From the NCBI GenBank assembly GCA_020137815.1, contig CM035350.1, positions 9,610,001 through 9,674,000 of the forward strand: a DNA stretch of 64,000 bases, in the 5' to 3' direction. Source of the stretch: Hormiphora californensis. Lineage: Eukaryota > Animalia > Ctenophora. How positions within the stretch are numbered: the first letter of the stretch is position 1; each line of letters opens with the position of its first letter. Shown one piece after another: positions 1 through 12,909 of the stretch. The notes beneath the pieces were generated by a model. It was not told the DNA's origin. It worked only from the letters and a program-made list of their open reading frames with translations, and did no database searches. The translations under genes and the position numbers were made by a program.

Positions 1-3000
1 TGGGGGGAGAGGGGTAATACAACAAGGGCTTATAGTCTTGCTGTGGGGGGGGAGGGGGTAATACAACAAGGGCTTATAGTCTTGCTGTGGGGGGGAGAGG
101 GGGTAATACAACAAGGGCTTATAGTCTTGCTGTGGGGGGGAGAGGGGGTAATACAACAAGGGCTTATAGTCTTGCTGTGGGGGGGAGAGGGGGTAATACA
201 ACAAGGGCTTATAGTCTTGCTGTGGGGGGGAGGAGGGGTAATACAACAAGGGCTTATAGTCTTGCTGTGGGGGGAGAGGGGGTAATACAACAAGGGCTTA
301 TAGTCTTGCTGTGGGGGGAGAGGGGTAATACAACAAGGGCTTATAGTCTTGCTGTGGGGGGAGAGGGGAGGGGGTAATACAACAAGGGCTTATAGTCTTG
401 CTGTGGGGGGAGAGGGGGTAATACAACAAGGGCTTATAGTCTTGCTGTGGGGGGAGAGGGGTAATACAACAAGGGCTTATAGTCTTGCTGTGGGGGGGAG
501 GGGGGTCATACAACAAGGGCTTATAGTCTTGCTGTGGGGGGGAGAGGGGTAATACAACAAGGGCTTATAGTCTTGCTGTGGGGGGAGAGGGGTAATACAA
601 CAAGGGCTTATAGTCTTGCTGTGGGGGGGAGAGGGGGTAATACAACAAGGGCTTATAGTCTTGCTGTGGGGGGAGAGGGGGGGTAATACAACAAGGGCTT
701 ATAGTCTTGCTGTGGGGGGAGAGGGGTAATACAACAAGGGCTTATAGTCTTGCTGTGGGGGGAGAGGGGTAATACAACAAGGGCTTATAGTCTTGCTGTG
801 GGGGGAGAGGGGGTAATACAACAAGGGCTTATAGTCTTGCTGTGGGGGGAGGGGGGTAATACAACAAGGGCTTATAGTCTTGCTGTGGGGGGAGAGGGGT
901 AATACAACAAGGGCTTATAGTCTTGCTGTGGGGGGGAGAGGGGGTAATACAACAAGGCTTATAGTCTTGCTGTGGGAGAGGGAGGGGGTAATACAACAAG
1001 GGCTTAATAGTCTTGCTGTGGGGGGAGAGTGGTAATACAACAAGGGCTTATAGTCCTTGCTGTGGGGGGGGAGGGGGTATATACAAAAGGGCTTATAGTC
1101 TTGCTGTGGGGGGAGAGGGGTAATACAACAAGGGCTTATAGTCTTGCTGTGGGGGGAGGGGGTAATAAAACAAGGGCTTATAGTCTTGTGTGGGGGGGAG
1201 GGGGGTACAACAAGGGCTTATAGTCTTGCTGTGGGGGGAGGGGGGTAATACAACAAGGGCTTATAGTCTTGCGTGGGGGGGGGGGACAGGGCTTTAGTGG
1301 GGTGGGGAGGGGGGTAATCAACAAGGGCTTATAGTCTTGCTGTGGGGGGAGAGGGGTAATACAACAAGGGCTTATAGTCTTGCTGTGGGGGGGGTGGGAG
1401 GGGTAATACAACAAGGGCTTATAGTCTTGCTGTGGGGGGGGGGGTATACAACAAGGGGTTATAGTCTTGCTGTGGGGGAGAGGGGTATACAAAGGGTATA
1501 GTCTTGGTGGGTGGGGGGGGGAGGGGTAATACAACAAGGGTTATAGTCTTGCTGTGGGGGGGGAGGGGGGGTTAAACAAGGGCTTATAGTCTTTGTGGGG
1601 GGAGGGGGTGGTGAATACAACAAGGGCTTATGTTGTGTGGGGGGGGGGATACAAAAGGGCTTATAGTTTGGGGGGAGGGGTAATACAACAAGGGCTTATA
1701 GTCTGCTGTGGGGGGGGAGGCGGGGGTAATAAAAGGGGCTATAGTCTTGCTGTGGGGGGAAGGGGGTTAATACAACAAGGGCTTATAGTCTTGCTGTGGG
1801 GGGAGAGAGGGTTAATACAACAAGGGCTTATAGTCTTGCTGTGGGGGGGGGTAAGGGTAATACAACAAGGGCTTATAGTTTTTGGGGGGGGTGAGGGGTA
1901 TACAACAAGGGCTTATAGTCTTGCTGTGGGGGGGAGAGGGTGATACAACAAGGGCCTTATAGCCTTGCTGTGGGGGGAGAGGGGTAATGACAACAAGGGC
2001 TTATAGTCTTGCTGTGGGGGGGAGGGGCTATACAAACAAAGGGCTTATAGTCCTTGCGTGGGGGGGGAGGGGAGGGGGTAATACATACAAGGGCTTATAG
2101 TCTTGCTGTGGGGGGGAGGGGTAATACACAAGGGCTTATAGTCTTGCTGTGGGGGAGGGGGTAATACAACAAGGGCTTATAGTCTTGCTGTGGGGGGAGG
2201 GGGGTAATACAACAAGGGCTTATAGTCTTGCTGTGGGGGGAGAGGGGTAATACAACAAGGGCTTATAGTCTTGCTGTGGGGGGAGAGGGGGTAATACAAC
2301 AAGGGCTTATAGTCTTGCTGTGGGGGGGGAGGGGTAATACAACAAGGGCTTATAGTCTTGCTGTGGGGGGGAGGGGGTAATACAACAAGGGCTTATAGTC
2401 TTGCTGTGGGGGGGGAGAGGGGTAATACAACAAGGGCTTATAGTCTTGCTGTGGGGGGGAGGGGGTAATACAACAAGGGCTTATAGTCTTGCTGTGGGGG
2501 GAGAGGGGGTAATACAACAAGGGCTTATAGTCTTGCTGTGGGGGGAGAGGGGTAATACAACAAGGGCTTATAGTCTTGCTGTGGGGGGAGAGGGGGTAAT
2601 ACAACAAGGGCTTATAGTCTTGCTGTGGGGGGAGAGGGGGTAATACAACAAGGGCTTATAGTCTTGCTGTGGGGGGAGGGGGTAATACAACAAGGGCTTA
2701 TAGTCTTGCTGTGGGGGGAGAGGGGTAATACAACAAGGGCTTATAGTCTTGCTGTGGGGGGAGAGGGGTAATACAACAAGGGCTTATAGTCTTGCTGTGG
2801 GGGGAGAGGGGTAATACAACAAGGGCTTATAGTCTTGCTGTGGGGGGGAGAGGGGTAATACAACAAGGGCTTATAGTCTTGCTGTGGGGGGGAGGGGTAA
2901 TACAACAAGGGCTTATAGTCTTGCTGTGGGGGGAGGGGGTAATACAACAAGGGCTTATAGTCTTGCTGTGGGGGGGGGGGGGGGGTAATACAACAAGGGC

Positions 3001-3604
3001 TTATAGTCTTGCTGTGGGGGGAGAGGGGGTAATACAACAAGGGCTTATAGTCTTGCTGTGGGGGGAGAGGGGTAATACAACAAGGGCTTATAGTCTTGCT
3101 GTGGGGGGAGAGGGTAATACAACAAGGGCTTATAGTCTTGCTGTGAGGGGGTAGGGGGTAATACAACAAGGGCTTATAGTCTTGCTGTGGGGGGGGGGGG
3201 GTAATACAACAAGGGCTTATAGTCTTGCTGTGAGGGAGAGGGGGTAATACAACAAGGGCTTATAGTCTTGCTGTGGGGAGAGAGGGGGTAATACAACAAG
3301 GGCTTATAGTCTTGCTGTGGGGGGAGGGGGGGGTAATACAACAAGGGCTTATAGTCTTGCTGTGGGGGGGGGGGGGTAATACAACAAGGGCTTATAGTCT
3401 TGCTGTGGGGGGGGAGGGGGTAATACAACAAGGGCTTATAGTCTTGCTGTGGGGGGGGAGGGGTAATACAACAAGGGCTTATAGTCTTGCTGTGGGGGGG
3501 GGGGTAATACAACAAGGGCTTATAGTCTTGCTGTGGGGGGGGGAGGGGGTAATACAACAAGGGCTTATAGTCTTGCTGTGGGGGGAGAGGGGTAAAACAA
3601 GGGC
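1..3604. repeat. ~44-45 bp tandem satellite (GTAATACAACAAGGGCTTATAGTCTTGCTGT + G-rich spacer), roughly 80 units, truncated by window edge
   Basis: Direct tandem periodicity; noisier units ~950-2100. The many short ORFs here are repeat translations. Confidence 0.97.
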
Positions 3605-3696
3605 AGGGGCCGGGTGAGAGAGTAGTGAACTATAGTAAAGTGGTATAAAAAAGATAGCTACACTAGTCGACTGGACTGAATCTAGAAAACATCTAC

Positions 3697-6600
3697 CTTT
3701 CTGAGTACTTGTAGAAGGTGGAAGTAGCAGTGAACTCTGACCTCCAGATACAACACCATCATACAATCGTGGGTGAGGGATGTTAGCTCGGCCATTCTCT
3801 CTCCCAGCCTGATCTTACAGTCATCCATTACTTTGGGCGGTAGCTGGTCTGTTAGCTGAAGGGAGGTAGCTGGTCTGTTAGCTGAAGGGAATGCGTGGTG
3901 ATAAACACGGTACTGATATTTGTGATATTTGGTGGTAAAATACAGACAGTAAGATACACACAGTTTATAACTATCCCCCTCGTCAGGTTAGGAAAAAGGG
4001 TGACTACCAATCACTATCTTATTTTGCAAGAGAGCTGTACTCAGTTATTCAACAACCCCAATTTGATTCTCAAAAAGGCCGGTGACAATGCTTTGCGCTC
4101 AGATCAGTGCCACCAGACAGGAAATCCTTACCTCCTTGTCGTTCTGAAGATCATCAATGAAACTGGACACATAGAGTACCAGCCATGTGATACTGTCCTG
4201 AACCTGGGACAACTGAATCAACCTCTCATTCTCTATCATCACTTTGTTCTTATCCAGTACATCCTTACCTGGGAATATATGGTGGTAGAAGATGATGTTA
4301 GATCAGGATGTAAGAACAATGAAGTGACTAGACAGAAAGAGTATGTCATTTCTCTCATCTACTGAGAGCTGCTAAAATAGTAGTGTGAGGTGATATTAGT
4401 GATAGTCTACTAGTATATCCTACATGAAGAAGCGGTTGAGATGTTGGATGTGAGGGAACGATCAATAACCAGTTCGTCCGATGAGGTGAAGAGAGAGGAA
4501 CAGGGTGAGATATAACTACTACTGGTATCTTCAACCAGTAAACTATCATCATGATGATCACACGGAGGTGGAGATGGAGGAGGTGGAGGAGGGTTCTCTA
4601 AACACACCATCTCATCCACTACCCGGGTCATGTGGGATACCATTGTACACGTGAGGTGGCAGTACAGGTGGCACGGTGGATGAGGCGTGGTGACGTCACA
4701 CGGTGGTGGGTGAATGACGTCACAGAATGGATGAGTCGTGACGTCATGTGTGGATGAGGTGTCATCACCTTGATGCCTTCCCACGGCAGTAACGAATTCT
4801 CTCAGGCTCGGTGGTGGTTTAGCTCCCTCCAGTTCTGTTTCAGTGGGAGGGAACATGGTCAACCATGATGGCTGCTTCCTGGAGAGGGAAATTTGGAATT
4901 GTAGAGAGAGATAGAGACTAGAGAGATATACCCCCCCCCCCCCGATATACATACTTAACTATGTCGGTTATTTCAGCGTCCTTGAACCACACTTGACAGA
5001 GGGTGTCCTGGGAATGTGCCCCTGACATATCTGAGAGTGAGAGGGATTAGGGAATTAGGGTGAAGTGACAGAGAGTGGTGGTATAGGAGAGGGGACTAGG
5101 GAGAAGGGACAGAGAGAGGTAGGGATTAGGGAGAAGTAGCAGAGAGAGGTAGGGATTAGGGATTAAGGTGAAGTGACAGAGAGTTGTGGTATAGGAGAGG
5201 GGATTAGGGAGAAGGCAAAGTTGCAGAGAGTGGTAGGAGAGGGGAAGCCTTCGCAACCAACCCTTGACAGGGGAGACAGAGTGATAGAGAGATAGAGAGA
5301 TAGGGATGAGAGGAATTAAACTATCGACAAAAAAGAAGTTCATTATAAGAGCCTAAAGAGAGAGAGAGACTTACTATTAAACATATTAAAGCAGATCTTC
5401 CGATAGTTCTTGAGAACTTCATAAACCATTTCAAGGAACTTTGGGCAGTACTTGGGCATTCTGTTCATGAGGATTCTCAATTCGGTTAACTTTTCCTGAA
5501 CTTTCACAGCACCCTGCAATTAAATGAAGAGTCAAAATCGGTTTTTTGTTGTTGACGACTGGGAAATGCTTTTGATTGGGAAAATACATTACCTCCACTA
5601 GAGCCCTTGGCCAGCCTGACTTGTTGGGTTTTACCATATTTAACCCTGAATTACCTGAAAATAATGACAAATAAATATATATTAGATCAGTTAGGATTCT
5701 AGTTGTCATGTTCTAACCCTCCTTTACATTTGTGGAGCGCTGTTGTAACAGGCCAGGGTCGAGCAAGGCAAGATTCTAGCATGTTAACAACTAAGATTGA
5801 GATTGAGTTTAGTTGCAACTCACCTTCATTAATTTCCTTAATTTCACTAGTGATCTTATCATTCAATGTCTTCAAGAAGGTTCTTTCCACGAAATCATCA
5901 AGGAACGCTTGCAGGGTCAGACAGGCTGTGTCCGTGAATGATAGGACATTGCTTATCTCTCCAATAAACTTATTGATTTGCTTGAACACCAGCGTGATGT
6001 TGTGTGGACTCTGACAGAACAGGGAGTGATTGAGAGATACCGCAGTATCTTAAAAATGTAGCTGTCATGGAAAGCCGATAAATAACTTCTATTATAAGGA
6101 CATATACGGATAACAAAGACTAAGGATCGGTGGATTGTTTATTAGCCGCATAATCACTAATCAGTGAGGACTGAGGATTGAGGAAGTTTTATTTTCTCAG
6201 TGCAGCTGGAAGGAGAAAACTGGACGATTCTATGATAGGGTTGAGATCTTTGTGTGACGGATAGTACCTTGACAAAGAGTGCAGGTAGTTCACATGTGTT
6301 GCTGTCACTGGCAGTGTCGTTAAAGTTTTGTGTCCGGTGCTCCGATGAGATTGTCATACCTGGGAAACACATTGGTTACGAAATAACCCCTCGCCTCGCG
6401 ACCTACACTTGTCACTGTAGAGTGTAGGTCCAACAGTGACAGATAGGAACACAACGAGAGAAAAGTATACACGGTGTATCCTTTTCTCTCATTGACCATA
6501 ATAACCTGTCCGATCGAAGACAAGCCATGATAATACAATCACTCACCCATGGCACTTGACTCAAAGGAGAAGAGACTACCCCGAACTTTCTCCGGCCTCC

Positions 6601-8850
6601 TTCCATTTCTCTTGAAGAAGTGTCCGATGCTGTTGGTGAGGGGCACAAATGTGACAGGTGAGGGATTCACAGACATTCCATGATCCTCTGATTTCATGGC
6701 TAGATAGTCTTCAAGTAGAGTCTCAACCTGCGAGAAGGACCGGGCTAAAAACTCCAATCAATAATTTATAATACTCTTTTTTTTAAATCGATTTGTGTAT
6801 TGGTTGACAACTTACACAATGCTGAATGCTGCTCCATACATCCTCCTGTCGGCCCTCTTGAGTACTGTAACTGAGATGTTCAATTGCATTATTCACTACC
6901 AAATGAGATGCAGCGACCGCCCTGTATTTGGCGAATACCTCCGCAAGCAACTCAGGAAACAGGGACGGGGAATCACTTTCCATTCGGTTGGTCTGGCGTT
7001 TCTTGTACATTAGATCTTGGGCAGTATTGACTAGGATATTCTGCATTTCGGTCTCCATGTTACTTCGGATGTACTGGGGGAGAGGGAGAGGTGTGTTAAA
7101 AATGGAAAATATTTTGACAATAAGGCCTGTGTATCATTCAAGTCTGTCAGACCAATACTCTAACAGAGTTAAGTTGGATATATTGTGAGCTGTGTTTAAC
7201 CTCAATGGTGGTATCCAGTTTCCCCAGTTGTTGTAGGGACTGCACTAAGAAGTTTGAGGAACCTGTAGCTATCTTCCTCTGGATCACATGATAGGTCCTC
7301 AACCTCGTCTTCATAGACATCTTCCTCAGCTTAGCTTGGGAGGTTCACCTAGAAAACACATGGTGTCAATGATGCTCTAACAAGGCATTGGATACTTGTT
7401 GAGTAAGGGGTGGGATACGCTTCTCCACCCCTAGTTACGCAACAATTGGATAGACAGTTTGGCAGGAACCGACCGAAACAAGTAAACAGCCAATCAGAAC
7501 TCGTTATTTAGGTCACGTGACTGGTTATCAGCCAATCAGGGACCAGTATTTCCGGATTCGGTCGGTTCCTGCAGTTTGGGGGACTGGCAAGGAATTTGGA
7601 GGACATACCACTGCGAAACAACTGCACTTTGTCTCTCGCTGCGGGTGCTTTCAGATAGAGATGGTTCGATAACTGTTGTAACAGCTCCTCGTGTAGTTTC
7701 TGTGGGGGAATGGTATTAGAATGGGCAGTTAGTCCTTGTGGTCAGCTCAGATATGGAGAACTAGCGTGGCAAATGTTATATTATAACAGGGTACGTCTAA
7801 CCTCTTTTCGCTGTTTAAGATCCTCCTTGATGTCCTTTAGTGCATCAACATTGGCCAAAGTTCCGTCCAACAGCGCAACTGGAGGTGTAAGGTCATATCA
7901 AGATCTTTTGACTCGATTTCAAGAGTCAATCTGCTGCAGCTCTGCACCGACCTGAAGTTGTCAAATTCGCGCGCGCCACCCTTACTACAAAAAGAGTCCC
8001 GCGCGTTCCGCAGTTCGACACTGGACGTGTATCATCAGTTGTGCCTGCTCCAGCAGTTCGGCTGGTTATTGTGCCCGTTTGTAACAATGATTATCAACCA
8101 CTTACCAGTTACTGGTTACCAATGGTAACTCACTCACTTACCCCAACTTACCATTCTTTTTAAGTAGCTCTGTTGCGTGCATGTAATGTTTGCTCTTATG
8201 TGTTGATCGTACTTCCCCGAAACCTCTCTAACACGATCTCTATTTGGGAAGGTAGAAATTATGGAATGAACTTGTTATGTTCTAACCCTCCCTTACATTT
8301 GTCTAGCTAGGCAAGGATTAAACATGTGATTTAGTTATAAAAGTGGAGAGATTAGAAGTTAACTCACATTTTCTCCAAAAGCTCTAATTTTCGGCCTGTT
8401 TTCACGCTGTCAAGATAAAGATTTTTCAAGTCCTCTCGCTGGCATTGAAGTGAAGTTTTACATCGGTCTATCTTCTCTTTACACGACATTATCTTGCTCT
8501 GGGCAACTGATTGGGGATAAGGTGAGGTTATTCCTTGCTTTGCTCACACTGGGCCCTAGTTCACGGGATACAAAATCAAAAACAGCCACGCTGTTATATC
8601 CCAAAGAGAGTGATAAAACATATAAATAAAACCTACGTTTGATGTTTCCTAACACCGTTGAGTAGACTTCTGGTATTTGCTGGAGTCCCTCATGGTGCTT
8701 GGTTATATGAGCATTTAACCTTCCATCAATCTCGTTATACTCTGTTATATTTCGCTTCTTGTTTCTGTTGAGATCACATTTCAGTTCTTGTTCGTGAAGA
8801 GATATGATAACATTGAGCAGGTGTGATTCCCTTTCTCCCTCTCCGTTCAT
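3697..8850 (-). CDS. EXOC4: Exocyst complex component 4 (Sec8), multi-exon, 3' end beyond left edge
   Basis: Exon translations match Sec8 motifs: LLNVIISL..EYNEIDGRL; CKTSLQCQREDLKNLYLDSV; LQAFLDDFVERTFL; LIQLSQVQDSITWL; CMMVLYLEVRVHCYFHL. GT-AG boundaries. Confidence 0.88.
7463..7571 (+). mobile_element. 109 bp hAT-like MITE (TIR CAGGAACCGACCGAA), family A
   Basis: 15 bp TIRs and perfect 8 bp TSD CAGTTTGG; other copies or fragments at 31139, 32415, 33196, 35019 and 36235. Confidence 0.9.
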
Positions 8851-9061
8851 TCTGTGTAATACAGGGGTGATGGATGTTAATTTGGGGTTTAACGGGGGTG
8901 GGGTACTTCTACCTACAACACGGTAGTTTTAGGGGATGGTGTAATAAAAACGACTGTCAAAATCTCAAAAATCATGATTATGAGGGTCGGCAGCTATATA
9001 AATACACTAACACATATTATAAGTTAATACAAAACACACACTCGCAATGTATTCAAATAAA

Positions 9062-10622
9062 TTATAAAATTTCAGACTTTTCTGTCCTAATTGTGGATGA
9101 TTCATTGGAGTTATTGAGCTGCTGTTGTTGCTGTGATTCGAGGGCCGAGAAGAGAGCCTTGACATTACCGGTACCAAAACCTCGGCATCCTCGACGATCG
9201 ATAATCTCCATAAACAGGCCATCTTTTTCGAAGATACTCTCGGTGAAAACTTGTAGTAGAAACCTGCCGATATATAACAACGGGGTTAGTTGACATGCTC
9301 GAATCCCCCGCCTGTGATGTGCCCCCGTTTGTAGAACTTATAAATATTTACTTGAAGTTAGATTTAAAGCAGGGTTTAGATGGTAGATATAATCGGTTAA
9401 AATGTTATAGTATTTACCCGTCAGCATCTTGGTCAACAATGACACTGTTCTCGAAGGCTATCTGAGGATCCACTCCCAACTTGGCAAACTGCTCCCTTTT
9501 TTCCTCCTAAAATGAGGTTGATATTGTTAATAATCTGAGCCAGGGAACCATTAATGATTAACGAGGACCAGATAATTCACTTCTAGATATGCAAAAATAC
9601 TCTCTTCTAGATATCGCCACGTACCAGATTGTAGTAGGAGTGCGGTTGTTGTATGACTCTGACACCGTTTCTCCGTAGTTCCTCGACCGTTTTGAAGATA
9701 TCTGGAGTCCGCAGGGCCACATGCTGCACTCCCCCGCCACCGTTAGCGCACACAAACCGATCCACCTGGTTAAACACTGGAGAGAGAGAGAGGGAAGAGG
9801 ATGAAATTAAAATTTACCAATAATATTCAAGGTTTAGATAGACGGGTTAGACAGGATTGAAACTTTATGCTAATTATTAATTAGTTAGATAATTAATACT
9901 AACCAGTATCTGGGGATGTGATGGGCTCAGAGAAAGCAAATATAGGCAGGTCTGAACTGGTTTTTACAAACATCTCCATCCCAGAACCATTAACATTCAC
10001 TTTTATTGAACCCGTACTTGTGTCCTGAAAATACGTAACATGAGTTAGCATGAGCAATGATCATTTGTCAACTATCAAGACCCTTAGATTTTTCATAAAA
10101 TGTTACAAACACCAAAACTTATTTTCGAAGTGGTTCCCCTGTTGAGATATATTACCTCACAATGATAAGGTTTCAGGGCGAGAATATCAGCAAACCAGCG
10201 GGCATGTCTAGCGGCAGTACCCTTCTCACAGCACACTAGAATATGATCCAGAGAGGAGGAGGGTGACGGAGTAGTTTCCTCTTCATACACACGGTGAGTC
10301 AGGTAGGGTAGCGTTCGTTGGGTACTCCAAATACCGCGTCTCCTCCCCCTCCTTTATAGCACGAGGGCCTTACCCCAACCTTCCTGAGGTGATCCTGAAC
10401 CACCCTCAGGTCGGGCGTTGAAAATGCTATCCGTGTGAACTTTGTGATGGTGGTGCTGCCCCGGTGTCCGTAGGCACACGACCTTGAGCACCCCGGTCAG
10501 GGGTCGCTAATACACAGCTATCAGGACTGGGCTTGTTGGACCAGAGAGAACCCGAACACGCCCAGTGCCCTCTGGGAGGCTGCCAAGTCACGGCACCCTA
10601 TGGCGAGGTATTTGAGCAGCAT
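9062..10622 (-). CDS. 4-hydroxyphenylpyruvate dioxygenase family protein (HPD/HPDL-like), multi-exon; first exon has frameshifts
   Basis: LDHILVC, NQVDRFVCANGGGGVQHVALRTPDI and FLLQVFTESIFEKDGLFMEIIDRRGCRGFGTGNVKALF supply the His/His/Glu iron triad; C-terminus resembles HPDL. Confidence 0.85.
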
Positions 10623-11233
10623 CTTTCACAGCATGGTGGATGGAGGTGCCTAAATGGGGGAAAATGTGTGAGTTAGCTGCTGAGTTTTCTATCTGATTTC
10701 ATAGTTGTATAATGTCAGGACACTAAAGTAGTACACAGTGTTGCTTTTGTACAAAATAATGTTAGAAAGAGATCTAGCTGTATCGAATATTACATAACAA
10801 CTTGGAAAAACAATATTAAGAACATATATTGTCGGGTCGATACCTGTCTGGCGGCCCCGATTTGATTCGCGACAGTGTGCTCAGATGGGGACTGCGGCGC
10901 CAGACAGGTCGATAGCGACCCCAAGACACGATTGTCGTTGTGATAAAAAACTTATACAATCCAGTGTTCACTATTATTCTGCCATAATTGATAATAATGA
11001 AGCTTTCATATTAAAAACAGTTTGTCTGTCTGTAGCTTACTCAAAACCAATTTATTTGTTCGTGGTAAATTAGAAACTAATTTGTTTGATTGTTTATCGT
11101 TAAGACAACACACGCTCGAAATACAATAAACTACAACAATCAAGGTCAGTTTTGGCAGATGTGGCGCTTTTTATTGGACAGCTGCCCGGAGGTAGAATCA
11201 ACAAGAAGAAAATAGTGGTGAGGTTCACTGCAT

Positions 11234-12765
11234 TCATTCCTGAACTGTTTCCAGGGAGACAGAGACAGCGGGTATCCCAAACTTCGCAATGTGGCCCTTG
11301 TTCTTAGCATCCAGGAGTTTCTGAGGGGATTGGGATTTAGGGATTTAGATCAATACTCATCCAAACCCTCACAGAGAGCACTCGATTTCATGAAATAAAA
11401 TGCAGTGTGAGCTACACAACTAAATACCTCATTGTGGACGTAGGAGTCGCATCCGTAACACCACACACTCAAGTCAGCCATACTCAACGCCATGAGGTGC
11501 CCAGAGTCAATACCGTGGAATAGAGCATGCTCGTTAACGTACCGAGAACAATGTGTCTAGTTGGGGAAATACGTCATTCACTAAAAGTAAATTAGCGAGA
11601 TGAGGAAGTAAAGCTAGCTCGATAAATTGTCATGAGTGAGTAGTATTAAAAAGTTAAATTTCATATTTTGAGATCCATTGGTCAAGTCCCGGTCAAGTTA
11701 CATTATACTTTGAGCTCCGTTGGTTACACTTACCTGGTAACAATAAAGACAGTACCACGACTCACTACTATCCCCACAGGTCTGACAGGCGGGGGACTTT
11801 TCTAGGATCGCCGGGGCAGAATTTACGTGGTTTTCCAAATGTTCACACCACGGCTTCGGGTGAACGGCAAACACATTGTCGTTTAGTTTAACAGGCTAAG
11901 AAGAAAGAGGTGTTGATATAGGAAGGAAAGAAGGAAGATGATGAGGAAGATAAAGGAAAAAGGCTGGTTGGAATTGAAAACTTAGAAAGAGATATAGTGT
12001 GCCAATATCTCTATTATAATTTGCGTGATGGCCGTTCGTTCAGTGCGTTTCTACGCGACAGTGCTCCTTCATAAAACACTTCATGTGCCCAAAGCTGTAA
12101 AGCTGTTGCTCACACTTTTGGAACTTCCAGTGGAAGTGTGTGTGTGTGTGTGTGTGTGTGTGGCTCTAGGTTATAGCGTACCAAACTCTGCCGCACGACA
12201 GAACGGATTCCAGTGGAAGTTTGTTAATATTTCCGAATGAATATTAACATGACAGTCTCCATAGTTACCAATTCAGTTGCCATGGCAACCGTGTTATTGA
12301 CGTTGAAAGGGCGAAAAGAACCACCCGGCGAGGCCGGGTGGGTTATCAAAAAGCCCTTACTTGAGGCGCACCCAATGGGTGCGCTAGTATAAATATAATA
12401 GGGAGAAGTTGCAGGAAGGTTTGAAAGAGGGCGGAGTTGAAAACTTTACCTCCACCGGGTCTTGTTGTTTTTCTAGCTCCGCCATCAGTATTTTGTCAGC
12501 TAGCTCTTCCTAGAAGATTTAGAAGTAGTGCTAACTTTGTGATGATCAAAATATGAATAAGGACATGATACACAACCCAGAAATTATCGACAGCAACAAA
12601 AACAGCAGCGGAATTGTAGCGTGAAAGTGAATTATCAAGGAAGGAAAGAGAGGACAAACGTAACATTTGCATTGGCTAACATGTGTTTTGTGTGTATCAG
12701 ATTGTATAGAGAGATAGTGATAGAGAGAGGGAGTGATAGAGAGAGATAGTGATAGAGAGAGGGAG

Positions 12766-12818
<53 letters not shown>

Positions 12819-12822
12819 GTGA

Positions 12823-12909
<87 letters not shown>

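Noticed and set aside
1-3604. CRISPR-like array or repeat-protein ORFs
   Set aside because: Spacers are only variable G-runs, there are no cas genes, and the context is eukaryotic. The ORFs are satellite translations.
4690-4748. Clusters of TGACGTCA (CRE/ATF) sites here and at 14269-14317
   Set aside because: They lie in gene bodies within short local duplications; no evidence of promoter function.
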